NCBI GenBank assembly: GCA_038087875.1 | Contig: CM075996.1 | Location: forward strand, 8,124,001-8,188,000 | DNA: 64,000 nucleotides | Source of the DNA: Malacoraja senta | Lineage: Eukaryota | Reading direction: 5' to 3' | Shown: positions 39,437-52,814 of the stretch, one piece after another | Layout: every line of letters begins with the position of its first letter | Numbering within the stretch: position 1 is the first letter of the stretch | Program-made: the position numbers and the translations under genes | Notes under the pieces: generated by a model | What the model saw: only the letters and a program-made list of their open reading frames with translations | Database searches by the model: none | What the model was told of the DNA's origin: nothing

Positions 39437-42400
39437 CTTTATAAATAAAACAAGGGGCCAAATTGTTCAGTTTGTATATGTAAAAAAAGAGTAACTCCCA
39501 GCAAATTCAACAATGCATCTAAATGCAGAATTACATGCCCTGAAAGGGAGAAAAAACCCCTCTGTAGTTACATGCAACCCACAGGATTTAAATATGTCGC
39601 TTTCCTTCCAATTTAGGTAATCAATTTTTGAATTTAGAAAGCCTCGTGAACTCAGTTGAACACCCTCCACCCCCGTTTGATCTATTCCCCATGCCGCCCC
39701 AATTCCATACCCTGTTATTTGAACTATTAAGTATTTCTAAATAAATAACGATCCATCTTCACTCAAAAAAGCTCGCTGAATGCATGGAACGTTTGAAAAG
39801 CTGCCTTTTATCAAAAAATAAATTGAAATATATCAAATGCCATGAGAAACAGACATTGATTAGCAGCTTTAATCCAATCTTTTAAATCAAATCGTAAAGA
39901 ATGGTCACTTGAAATTCAGGTCGTATTCAGTATTTTTTTGTAATGAATAAACCATTGTTTCTGTTTCAACCAACTCTGCATTGCATAAACGCCTTCAATC
40001 ATAATAATAATTCAGCACTTTAGCTAAGGTGTAGACTTCTGCTCAGGCTCATTAATACCCCTTTCCCTCATCTTGCCTTTGCTGGATCTGGGAGACCTTG
40101 CTGACCAAGATGACCCCCAGGCCAATCACCAACATTCCAAATTTTGAAATGGGGTGATGTGGGAAGGAGAGAAAAGTCCCACGTGACTCCTCTGGATTTT
40201 TTTCTGACAGCTTGCAGATCCACACTCCAGCTTAGCCATTTGTCAAAGCTGAAATTTGGTTTCAACAATGGCAAACTACAGAGAATGAAAAGATTTTTTC
40301 TTTTAATCAAGTAAAAGTATAAATAAAAGCATCAAACATATTATCAAAGATTATAATTTACCTTGGGTCTTTCCTTTCTTCACTGCAGCCCTAGAAATAC
40401 CATTCCAATGAATGGGTTCATAGATTCTGCTCAGGGTTGCAAGAACAGATTCTCCAATGTAAATATTGAAAAACCTCATCACGCTCCTGCTCATTGGGAG
40501 GTCCAATGGCAGAGGTCAGCTGGTAAGTATAGCACCTCTGCATTCACGCAGCAGTCCCAGAACCTACCAGCATTAATGTTGAGAAATACCAGTCATTCAG
40601 CGCAGAACTGAATAGATACTACTTCATTATTGTCTAGTATTCATTTTGCCAATTGGTGGGGATTGTCCTGAAAAGTGGCTCCAATTTAATGACAAATTGA
40701 GATATGTGTATGCAGAGTTAATGCTAGAATAATTAGATGCATAATGAATGGTTTCATTAACCAGGGTAAAATGTTCACTTAAAATCAAAAGTTTAGGAGC
40801 TGATGCACATTCTCCCCCTCTGTTATCAGGTGTCTGAACAGTCCTTCCGTAAGAAAAGGGCATTGTCTCTACCCCATAGCGGACATTGCACTTTGTCTAT
40901 GGAACTGTTGCGCTACAATACTGAGAACTATATTATGCACTCTGTATCTTACCCTTTGCTCTATTTTACTTGAGTTTGACCTGATTGCATTTATGTATAG
41001 TATTATTTGACGTGATTGGATAGCATGCAAAACAAAGCTTTTCACTGTACCTCAGTACACATGACAATAATAAACGTAAACCATAGGAATAAATATATTT
41101 TACCCAATTTCATCAGAACTTCTGCTCTACCAAGATTCAACATTGCTTGCTTATACTGCTGAAGAAAATGTAATCGCCTATAAACAGTCCAGTATAATGA
41201 AAGTTTGAATAATATCCTACAATTCGAGCTTTAAATGTACAATAAGCCACAGCTAACTGTAATAAAATATCCTTACCAGAGTGCAAAAATAACAATGAAT
41301 TAAAAAACATATCTGAACTGACAATCTGGACACAAGGTGAGACCCCTAATGCCCCATATTAGGAATACCATAGAAAACGTAGACCATTAAACTAGCAATC
41401 GTGTAACATAAAACAATGTTCATTCCTAGTAGTTTCCTCTCCTGCATCAACTTCTCCTGCATGATTGAAGACAGACTCCATTACTCATGTCAACATATCT
41501 TTCTGCTCAGCAGCCATAGAAAAAAGGTAAGCATTTGATTGTTCCTCCCTGCATGCAAATGCCCATCTATAATTGGGAAAAACTCTGGGAATGATGGTTG
41601 GAAAATGGAGCTGAACACGGAGATTTCGGGCAACTGAATCATCCTACCACAATTGGAGAGCAGTCCTGAAATACGATCTACCTCATTGACCGTTGGACTA
41701 TCTTTGATCGGACTTTACTGGCTTTACCTTGCACTAAATGTTATTCCCTTACCATGCATCTATACACTGTAAATGGCTCGATTATAATCATGTATTGTCT
41801 TTCCGCTGACTGGTTGGGACACAACTAAAGCTTTTCACTGTACCTTGGTATACGTTGACAGTAAACTGAACTGAGATTTGTCAATGTTAACCACAACAGT
41901 ACAAAATTAGGCTAATTAGTCTTACAAGCACGTTTCACTCACAGCTCTGCAGCATTCATGAAATGATTGTTTTGGCAAGATACCATCTAGAATTATAGCT
42001 GCAAATCAGTATAAGGCTTGCCACTATGGACAATCAATAATACTAAAACTCTAAGGAACTTTTGTTCAAACTGTCAGTTGAAAATTCATTATATTCTACC
42101 TATGTTTCTATATCCCATTTTAATATTAACATCCTGGTAAGGGTACACTTAGTGAGACAAAAAACAACTGCAACTACATGAAAACTACAAGATACTAAAA
42201 TAACATCATTAAACTGATGCTTTCTGATTGAAAACAATTATTACTTTTCTAAAAAAATTGCATGCAGCCAGATTTATTGGTAACATGCTGTGACTTTATT
42301 CTAAAAAAACATCTGGACTGATGCTTTTAAATATTTAAGTATCTGCATATAACTGTTACTGAAAAATTACTCCAGAAAACGTTAGAGGGAATTGTTGGTC

Positions 42401-43678
42401 ATTCTTGTTTCAAAAAGACTCAGAGAAGTTTGAAAACAGCAATGAATGTAAACTTAATGATTCAATCAAAACGTTTCACCATTTGTAACTACAGATCAGA
42501 TGTAATAAAGCAAGTGCACAATAAAAGATGATTTACAACACAACATGCCTCAAAGCATCACTCCATAGCAAGTTTTCAAGATGTTCATTGGGATCACGCA
42601 ACAATATTCTAAATTTATTAACAACACCCTAGAGCTTGGAACAGAAATTCTGCACAACAGGTTCCTGGTGAATACAACTCCTGATCATTAGTCAATAATG
42701 TTCTATACCCATCTGGAGCATACTCAGTTCCTTAAAAATTATAAAAAATTTCAATTTAATAAAAGCTGCATAGATTTATTTTAAATGTTATATGGCCACA
42801 TGGTTATTAACCATATTACTATTAGCCACAATATTGTTCTTCAAAGCACTTTCGTAAGTGAAAATGTGGTTGCTTCAGGATTGCGTAGAATTGAATATTA
42901 TCTGGTAAAATGCAGAAAATTGGTGTACATAAATACAAACAGATTAAAATGACTTCCTAAAACATGTTCAACACCAGTTCCTCTGCTGTTAGAGCCTCAT
43001 TTAATATATGTTATTTTCTCATCCAGAATTAGTTCCCTCCGATAATGAGATTTTACCAATTTTGTGGGTTCCAAAACAATGGGGTTACAGGACACTACAT
43101 CCATTGAATAGTCAAATCTAATAAAGGGTGCCGAAAATAAAATTGAAATCTATTGAAATGAGGTACACAGCAGTGTAGAAGGAAGATCCTGACCACTGCT
43201 TCACTAACACAAAGCAAGTGCAGAATTCCTTTAGATTTTATTTTAAACTTTAGAGATATAGCGTGGAAACAGGCCCTTTGGCACACAGAGTCAGCGCCAA
43301 CCAGTGACCACCCCGTACACCCACACTACATTTACCTTTTAAATCAGTCACAAGTAACTGGTGTATGCGCTACTTTGACACTTCTAGGTTTCAATTGGTT
43401 ATTGAGTGTCACAAAATCTTTAAATGTTGATCTAACATGAACACAGAATATCTGCCAACTTCATTCTCCTTTCTGTATTCATAATGGAAATTGTCTATGT
43501 AAAAATGCCATGTTGCAACTGCAACCCATAACAATATCATGAGGGCAAAAGTATATAGCATCAAGTTTGTGCAGCCTGCTTATATTATGAATGCTAATTT
43601 AAGAATTCATAATCTAAATATTTAAATAGTGTATACATTTAAAATGGGAATGTAATCAGTGTGTCCAATCCACACATA

Positions 43679-45292
43679 CAGTGCCCTCCATAATGTTTGG
43701 GACAAAGACCATCATTTATTTATTTGCTTTGGTACTCCACAATTTAAGATAAGTAATTGAACAAAATCACAAGTGGTTAAAATGCACATTGTCAGATTTT
43801 ATTAAAGGCCATTTTTATACATTTTGGTTTCACCATGTAGAAATTACAGCTGTGTTTATACATAATCCTCCCCATTTCAGGGCACCATAATGTTTGGGAC
43901 CACCTGGCTTCACAGGCATTTGTAATTGATCAGGTGTGTTTAATTGCCTCCTTAATGCAGGTATAAGAGAGCTCTCAGCACCTAGTCTTTCCATCACATT
44001 TGGAAACTTTTATTGCTGTTTATCAATATGAGGACCAAAGTTGTGCCAATGAAAGTCAAAGAAGCCATTATGAGACTGAGAAACAAGAATAAAACTGTCT
44101 ATCCGCCATCATGAGACATCAGCCAAACCTTAGGCGTACCAAAATCAACTGTTTAGAACATCATTAAGAAGGGGAGCACTGGTGAGCTTACTAATTGCAA
44201 AAGGACTGGCAGGCCAAGGAAGAGCTCCACAGCTGATGACAGAAGAATTCTCTCTATAATAAAGAAAAACAAACAAACACCTGTCCGACAGAACAGAAAC
44301 ACTCTTCAGGAGTCAGGTGTGGATTTGTCAATGACCACTGTCCGCAGAAGACTTCATGAACAGAAATACAGAGGCTACACTGCAAGATGCAAACCACTGG
44401 TTAGAGTTTGCCAAGTACTTAAAAGAGCAATCACAGTTCTGGAAAAAAGGTCTTGTGGACAGATAAGATGAAGATTAACTTATATCAAAGTGATGGCAAG
44501 AGCAAAGTATGGAGGAGAGAAGGAACTGCCCAAGATTCAAAGCATACCACCTCATCTGTGAAACACGGATGTGTTATGGCCTGGGCATGTATGGCTGCTG
44601 AAGGTACTGGCTCACTTATCTTCATTCATGATACAACTGCTGATGGTGGTAGCATAATGAATCCTGAAGTGTATAGACACATCCTATCTTCTCAAGTTCA
44701 AACAAATGCCTCAAAACTCATTGGCTGGCGGATCATTCTACAGCAAGACAATGATCCCAAACATACTGCTAAAGCAACAAAGGAGTTTTTCAAAGCTAAA
44801 AAAGGTCAATTCTTGAGTGGCCAAGTCAATCACCCGATCTGAACCCAATTGAGCATGCCGTTTATATGCTGAAGAGAAAACTGAAGGGGACTAGCCCCCA
44901 AAACAACCATAAGCTAAAGATGTCTGCAATACAGGCCTGGCAGATCATCACCAGAGAAGACACCCAGCAACTGGTGATGTCCATGAACCATAGACTTCAA
45001 GCACTCGTTGCATGCAAAGGATTTGCAACAAAATACTAAACATGACTACTTTCATTTACTTGACATTGCTGTATCCCAAATATTATGGTGCCCTGAAATG
45101 GGGGCACTATGTATAAACACTGCTGTAATTTCTTCCTGGTGAAACAAAAATGTATAAAAATCACCTTTATTAAAATCTGACAATGCGCACCTTAACCACA
45201 TGTGATTTTTTTCTAATACAAATCTCAAATTGTGGAGTAGGGGCAAATAAATAAATGATGGGTCTTTGTCCCAAACATTATGCAGGGCACTG
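43679..45292 (+). mobile_element. Full-length Tc1-family DNA transposon with long IR/DR-type TIRs and TA TSD
   Basis: TA|CAGTGCCCTCCATAATGTTTGGGACAAAGACC ... GGTCTTTGTCCCAAACATTATGCAGGGCACTG|TA. TIRs ~220 bp, with an inner direct repeat (GGGCACCATAATGTTTGGGAC, ~43880) mirrored at ~45073-45095. Confidence 0.95.
44028..45039 (+). pseudogene. Tc1 DD34E transposase, frameshifted
   Basis: MRTKVVPMKVKEAIMRLRNK..., GRPRK, VLWTD, QQDNDPKH, WPSQSPDLNPIEH, GFATKY*; several indels. Confidence 0.9.
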
Positions 45293-45599
45293 TACCTCAA
45301 TCTTTAACTTTGCTTTAATTGAAGGCAATAATTGGCTTGGACTTGCCATATATGTGACCAGAACTGCACACAATATGTATCCTTTGATAAACTTACTCAT
45401 CACTCACAACCACACTAATTTTTGTGTTTTCTGCAAACTTATCAGACACCATTACAAACTAGAGGTACCGGCACAGATCGTTATGGAATACCACAGACCG
45501 CGACAGAAAAGACTGTCCTTTCTACCAATGCCCTTTGTCTTAAATAACTATGCTAATTTTGTATCCCACTTACCAATTCACCATATATCAATTGTGTCT

Positions 45600-47850
45600 T
45601 AATCTTCTGGACCAGCCTACCAAGAAGGTTTTACCAAAGTCCATGTATTCAAGATCCACTGCCCTTCCCTAAACCTCTTCATCACCTAAAAATAAACCCA
45701 ATCAGATTTGTGAGGCACTACCTGCCCGCATAAAATCATGCTATTATAATAAGACCATGCTTTTCCAAATACATGTAAATTCTGTCCCTAAAACTCTCCT
45801 CCAATAATTTCCCTACCACTGATACAAGGGTCACTGACCTATTAATTTCCTGCAATATCCCCGTTATGTTTTTTTAAATAAAGGGGTATTGGCTATTCTA
45901 CCATTTTCTGAGAACATGACTAAAAAGGGTACAAATATTTGTGTCAGGGCCCCAACAATTTCCTCCCTTGCCCTCCTCAATATCCTGGGACAGATCCCCT
46001 CAGGCCCTGGGAACTTATCCACCTTCATGTATTTCCAAGACATCCAATTCCTCCTCCATCTTAATAACATGCTCTTGAATATCAATTTACATCTCTCTGA
46101 CCTCACCATCATCTATGCCCTTGTCTTTGGCAAATACTGATGCAAAGAACTAATTTAGGAGTTTGTCTACTTACGCTAGCTTTAGTCATAAATTCCCTCC
46201 TTTGTTCTCAAGTGGACCTACCCCTTCCTAATTCAGAAGATGTGGGATCTTTTCATCCCAAAGAGGAAGAAACGTACTAAGGGGGCAAAGAGGCAACCAT
46301 GGCAGAAAAAGAAAGTCAAGGACAGCATAAAAGCAAAAGAGAAGGCATATAATATGGCAAAGATTAGTGGGAAGCTAGAGGATTGGGAAGCCTTTAAAAA
46401 CCTCCGGAAGCAACTAAAAAAACAATAAGTGGAGAAAAGATTAAATATGAAGGTAACCTAGCCAATAATATAAAAGATACCAAACGTTTTTACAGATAAA
46501 TAAAGAGGGAAAGAGAGGACACTGAATTGCTGTAAAGTTACGCTGGAGAAGTAGTAATGGGAAACAAAGAAATGCAGACAAACTGAATAAGTTTTTGCGT
46601 CAGTTTTCGTAGTGAACTAACAACATGCCAGAAATTCAAGTCTTGTGGATAGGTCACCTAGACCAGATGGACTAAACCCCACAGTTCTGAAAGAGGTAGC
46701 TGTAGAGATTGTAGAGGCATTTGTAGTGATCTTTCAAGAATCACTAGAGTATAGACAGGAAAATTACAAACGTAACTCCACTGTTTAAGAAGGGGGCGAG
46801 GCAAAAAAAAATATATATATATATAGGCCAGTTAATCTGACAGTCTAACAATGAGGTTTCAGGGTACTCGAAAGCATATGATAAAATGGATCAAAGTCAG
46901 CATGGTTATGTTAAGGGAAGATCTTGCCTGACAAATTTGTTGGAATTCTTTCAGGAAGTAACAAGTAGGACAGACAAAGGAGTGTCAGAGGATGCTGTTT
47001 ACTTGGACTTTCAGGAGGCCTTTGATAAGGTGCCATACATGAGGCTGCTAAACAAAAGAGATGGTGTAAAGGGACTTGGGAGTACTGGCGCAGGATTCCC
47101 ATATGGTTAATTTGCAGATTGAATCGGCTGAAAGGAAGGCAAATGCATTATTAGCATTCATTTTGAGAGGACTAGAATATAAAAGCAAGCATGTACTGAG
47201 GCTTTTATAAGGTGCTGGTCAGACCACGTTTGGAATATTGGGAGCAATTTTGGATCCTATGTCTGAGGAAGGAACGTTACGAGAATGCTCCCAGGCATGA
47301 TTGGATTAACACATGACGAGTGTTTGAAAGTTTTAGGCATGGACTTGCTGGATTTTAGGATGAAGGGGTATCTCATTGAAACCTACTGAATAATGAAAGA
47401 CCTAGACAGAGTGAATGTGGAGAAGATGTTTGCAGAAGTGGGAGAGTAGGACTAGACTCTTCTTACATACAGACCCCGAGTCCAAAATGTGGACTGTCCT
47501 TTCCCTCCACAGATAGTGCCTGACCCTCTGGGTTCCTCCAGCTCTTCTCACCTTAGAAAGGGTGGAGGACCAAAGGTCACAGTCCTAGAATAATGGGCAA
47601 ACCATTTTGACCAAGATGAGGGGTGATTCCTTCATGCACAGGGTGGCAAATCTTGGGAACTGTCTGTCTTAGATGGCTGTGGGGGTGATATTATTCAGAA
47701 AATAGATTTGTTAGGTTTCTGAATATCATGGAAATAAAGGGTTATATGGGATACAGCAACAAAATAGAGCTGTGGTAGATTATCACCCACGTTCTTGATG
47801 AATGGCAGAGCAGACTGGAAGTGCCTCATGTCCTACTCCTGATCCTGTTC
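45600..47850. mobile_element. Old decayed CR1 fragments (minus ~45600-46230; plus ~46230-47850)
   Basis: Minus strand: VDKFPGPEGICPRILR...PLFKK. Plus strand: SQHGYVKGRSCLTNLLEFF, YLDFQEAFDKV. Many stops. Confidence 0.8.
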
Positions 47851-50800
47851 TTAAAAGTCTCACTTCACCCACTGTGACAACGCATAAAAATAATCAAATA
47901 AAATAACTTGGCAAGAGGTATTGACAAAGAACTTCAAAAGCATGTTCCCACTTAGGGAGGCCTTTCCTTTCAAATGGAGAAAAGATGCCAAACACTTTGT
48001 TCAATTCGCCGTAGAGATGGAAAGCTTTTTTCCCCATAAAAGAATAAATGCAAGATTAACTGATATAGATTTGGCAGGTAGTCATTTAATTTATAGTTGT
48101 GGTCATATATCTATGTTTAAAATAAAACAATTTCTGCAGGCGTTAAATTTCACCGCGTGCCAAAGGAATAAAGATTTAATTATTTTGCCTAATCGTTTCA
48201 AAATAATTGACACCCAAAAGTATGAGCCAAATTGAACATTGCAAAGTGTGATACAATCATTAATTTCAGAAGTGCAGTTAGCATCATGTTTAGTTATATA
48301 CGGTGGACAATTTTCAAGCAAAATCCCACAGACAATAAGTAAGGATGAGTTCAGGTAAAGCTGAACAAAGGATAAGACTAAAGCTATAGACTAAGAGAAG
48401 GTTTGAAATTAATTTAAGAGTATACTGCCAAAAGGGGATGTATCACAGACACAGTGCATCAGCTCTATGCATTCAATGTGAAAGTAAAGGGACAGTAAAG
48501 GATTAAAATGTTTTTTAAAGGAAGACTTGGCACTGGTCTAGGATTCAAAGATAGAATCTGTGTTGGTCAAACAAATTTGACAAAATTCAAAATTGCTGAT
48601 CTGCTTCATTTTCTAAATTATGAAATAATGACAATAGCAAGGCCTTTACTTAATTCAAACTTGCAGTGTTCTCCTTTAATGAGATGACAATGCAAAATTC
48701 AGAAATGATTTAGTAACATGAATCTTAAGTTTGAGGACTCACAAGACCAGGAAACAAAGCTTTCAACAGTTTAATGATTCCATGAAGGAATGAGACAACG
48801 AATCAAGAATTACGTTAATACAGGTGATTCACCCCCCCCCCCCCCCCCCCATACAGAGGAGTTCTGATCCTAGAAAACAATTTGTATCACGATTTGCCAG
48901 AATGTGAAGTTGCATTATGTTGAGAAAAGTTTTTATTTCTTTACATTTTTTATACACAAATTTCATAAGATACAGAATAAAATTTGTTCCAATGTTTTTG
49001 GGGAGTAATTTGTGAATTCTGTAATGGCCAAATTTCTGCTACTCATATGGCTGTTACACAGGGTTTGCCTGTACAGTGAAGATGAATGGAAGCTGAAATG
49101 TTTCCGAACACACCATGAAGCTAGAACATTATCTGAATACAATGTTGGTTAAGAGACACCACAGATTTGGTAAACAGGCAGTTCTACTACAACAAAATAG
49201 TTATGTTTCAAAGAAACCTCACATTATAGCGTTAGGGTGTTTAATTCTCAGGGCCTGACCAAGTACATCCTGAAACTTTTTAGGAAGCAAAGGAGGAAAC
49301 TGGGGAGATCCTTGCAAATAAATTCACATCATCTTTAGCTCCAGGTGACGTTCTGGAAGATTGAAGGATGGCTAATATTGGACTGTTATTTGAAGGCAAC
49401 AAGGCAAACCAGGATAAGTCAGCCTGGTCAGTGGTGGCAAAGTTGTTGGAGGGGAATCTTAAGAACAGGATCGTCAGCATGGCTCTGTGCATAGGAAATT
49501 ATATCTCACAAATCTTCTAGAGATTTTTCAAGAGGTCACCAAGAGGATTGATGAGGGCAGTGGACTGTCTATATAGACTTTAGCAATTCCACATACATTT
49601 TGGAAACAAATCTAGCCATGACTTTTTTTGAGCCCTCTCCCCTCTTCAAAGAAATCCTGAAATTCTAATTAAAATTGAAAACTGAAATTTGGTACCACTT
49701 AGCAGCATGCCTCCTCCTATGGGTAAATACTGCAGCAAGCAAAACGTAAGCTGCAAGAGGAAGTAATTGGGTAAGGCAGCATCCATGGAGGGCAATGGAC
49801 AGTCAGAATTTTGGACTGAGATCCCTCTTCTGGACTGAAAGAGTAGAGAGGAGATACGTAGTATAAAGAGACGAGGGAGACAGGTGGTGCACAATCTGGC
49901 AGGCGAAAGGCAGATCCAGGTGAGGTGGAGTGATTGTCAGATGTTGAAGCATGGAAATAGCAACATTACGAGGTGGGATATCAACCCCCCCCCCCCCTTC
50001 AATTCTGAACATTTAAATAGCAACGTGCATTAACAAATATTGGCCAGTGACAATATTGCCCTATTTACATCATAAATCATCAATCTTCATCAAAACCTCT
50101 CACCCTTTCTAATATTTTCCTAGACAATTTCAAAAGGATGGAATAACTGCCTACGTATCTCTTACTTTCCCCATTATGTAGAACCCCAAACACATTTCTC
50201 AGATGAAATTATTAATTTCAGTTTGTATATTATGATAGATGTCCACAAATCAATCTCCACAACAAAGGAGAAAAATCAAATACAGATGATTGACTGCTTT
50301 TGAGCACCTGTTCATTCTGCAAATATGGCATTCAGTTTTGGTCTTAACGCACCATCATTATTCCTGATTAAATCCCGTCGAATAAAACTCAACGCAAGTT
50401 CAAGAAACAGCATTATACCCGTACTGTCAATATCTTTTCTGTCTTTCACCCCAAAAGACTTTTCTTTTTCCTCTATTCCCTTCCTGCAAATGAGAATCAT
50501 AAATGATTTACGAACATTTTCCAGATCTGACCAAAAGTCATCAATCTGAAAAATTCAATTTTCCATTTCATAGGTACTGTCCCGACACTTTTTAAAAGCA
50601 TTTTTTGCTTTTATTCTCGTAATCTAAGACCATCAATGAAGCTTTGAAATATATTTTTTTAATAGTTTTATTTTTATCCAATGCTATAAACAAATTCATC
50701 TTCAGAGTATCTCCATGTTCCTTTTTAAATATGTCTGGTAGAGAACCACAACTTTACCGGTGGTGTACTGTTCACTTAGTTGATTACACCGTAACCTAAT

Positions 50801-51519
50801 AATTCCCATGTAACGTTATTTATTTTCACTAGTGAAAACTGATGGATTTATGGTGACTTGAAAAGAGGGACTCTCACCACTTCAGCTGTGTGTGTGTTAA
50901 ATTAGTTCCCTCATACCGTTGGTAACGCTTCTCCAAGCCATTTCCCCCCGATGTCTTCAGCACTCACTGTTTAAACAAAGATTTAAAAAGACAAAAGAAT
51001 ACAGAAAAAAAAAATCAAAGGGATATCAAGTTGATCCTAATCCTTACCAGCAGGCTGATTTGATTAATAAAAGTTTTGATTTGAGATACATACTTTATGC
51101 TTGATCAAACAATTATGGCAATACAATGCTGCAGAAAGCATAGTATCACAAAGGATGCAAATGCATTGTATATCTGACTGCAGTATTGAACTTAATAGAG
51201 TAACTCACCTGGGAATGATTACATTGATACAAATGATGAAAATATACTGTCTGAATAACCTTAATCATAATGTAAATCTTGAAAATCAATTTCATCCATG
51301 AAACCGTTCCAAGGTACTTTCAATATAAGGATTGTGCTTGTATGAACTCTTTAATCACCCCCAAACTACTCTCAGCAGAGATTACTAGCAAGCATGTCCA
51401 ATATCAGATACAATAGAGTCCGTATGAAAATCACAGGACTTAAAAAGGAGAGGTTAGTTATGAACAGATAACTGTGAAATATGAATATATCAAATAAATC
51501 AGATAATGTATAGTTATAG

Positions 51520-51820
51520 AGCTTGGAAATAGTCCCTGCGGCCCAACTTGCCCACACCAGCCAACATGTCCCAACTTCACTCGTCCCACCTGCCCATATC
51601 CCTCCAAACTTGTCCTATCCATGTACCTGTCTAACTGTTTCTTAAACGTTGGGATAGTCTCTGCCTCAACTACCTCCTCTGGCAGCTCGTTCCATACACC
51701 CACCAACCTTGTGAGAAAAAGTTACCCCTCAGATTCCTATTAAATCTTTTCCCCTTCACCTTAAACCTATGTCCTCAATTCCCCAACTCTGGGTAAGAGA
51801 CTCTGCATTTACCCAATCTA
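51520..51820 (-). mobile_element. CR1/HER1-type LINE 3' fragment
   Basis: VVGVWNELPEEVVEA..FKKQLDRYMD; tail resembles the HE1 SINE 3' end. Confidence 0.75.
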
Positions 51821-52074
51821 TAGTGAACTATACATTTCAATTAAGAACCACTCAACCCAAAATTTCACATTTCCACTGTTCTGACCTGTTTTCTCCAACT
51901 GCCAACAGCTTGAGACTTTTTTAATGCACAGCCCAAACTGAAGCACATTGGTGAATATGAATAATGTGAATTCCTCCCCATCTTCAGTGCTACGATTCTT
52001 TAACCAGCCAAGTGACCCACCGCCAGGTCCATCCAGAGCGAATAGGGAGAAAAAAAGCACCTATTCCAAACTAA

Positions 52075-52800
52075 AGATAGGCAAAAAATGCTGGAGTAAC
52101 AGATCAGACAGCATCACTGGGAAAATAGGTGACGTTTCGGATCAAAACCCTTCTTCTGATTAAAAAAGAATCTCAAACTGAAACGTCACATATTCAGTTT
52201 CTCCAAAGATGCTGCTTGATCTGCTGAGTTACTCCAGCACTTTGTCTATCTTTGGTACTGAAAACCTCCACTGAGTCAGTCGAGGCAGTATGCCGGTTGC
52301 TAAACACTTTAACTCACCATCCCATTCCCCTACTGACCTTTCAGTCCTGGGCCTCCTCCACTGTTAGAGTGTGGCCGAACACAAATTGGAGGAACAGCAC
52401 CACATATTTTGCTTGGGCAGCTTACAGCCCAGCAGTTTGAAATTTGATTTCTCTAACTTCAAATAACCATTGCTTTCCTGCTCTCTCCCCGTTCCTCCCC
52501 ACTTTAGTTCTCCTAGTTTCATTGTCTTCCTGATTAAATTTACTGATTGTGTGCGTCATTGTCACCTTCCCCTCAGCCAACAATGAACCATTCTGCCTCC
52601 TTGACCATCGTATGCTTTGATCTGTCGTTTTCACTCCTTAACCGTCCAAATCTCCTGTGCTCCCTCTCCCCTGACTCTCAGTCTGAGGAAGGGTCTCGAC
52701 CCGAAACGTTCTCCAGAGATGCTGCTGCCTGACCCACTGAGTTACTCCAGCACTTGGTGTCTTGTCTTTGGTGTAAACCAGCATCTCTGCAGTTCCTTCC
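52075..52800. mobile_element. PLE fragments: an inverted tail pair (52075-52255) and a plus-strand GIY-YIG/pLTR remnant (~52285-52800)
   Basis: KLEEQHHIFCLGSLQP remnant; CTGAGGAAGGGTCTCGACCCGAAACG motif at ~52683. Confidence 0.75.
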
Positions 52801-52814
52801 TCACCCCCAGCCAT

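Noticed and set aside
41277..41325. Exon-like segment tgtgtccag|ATTGTC…ACTCTG|gtaagg
   Set aside because: Very U-rich body between Rex1-like fragments; such site pairs arise by chance and nothing else supports it.
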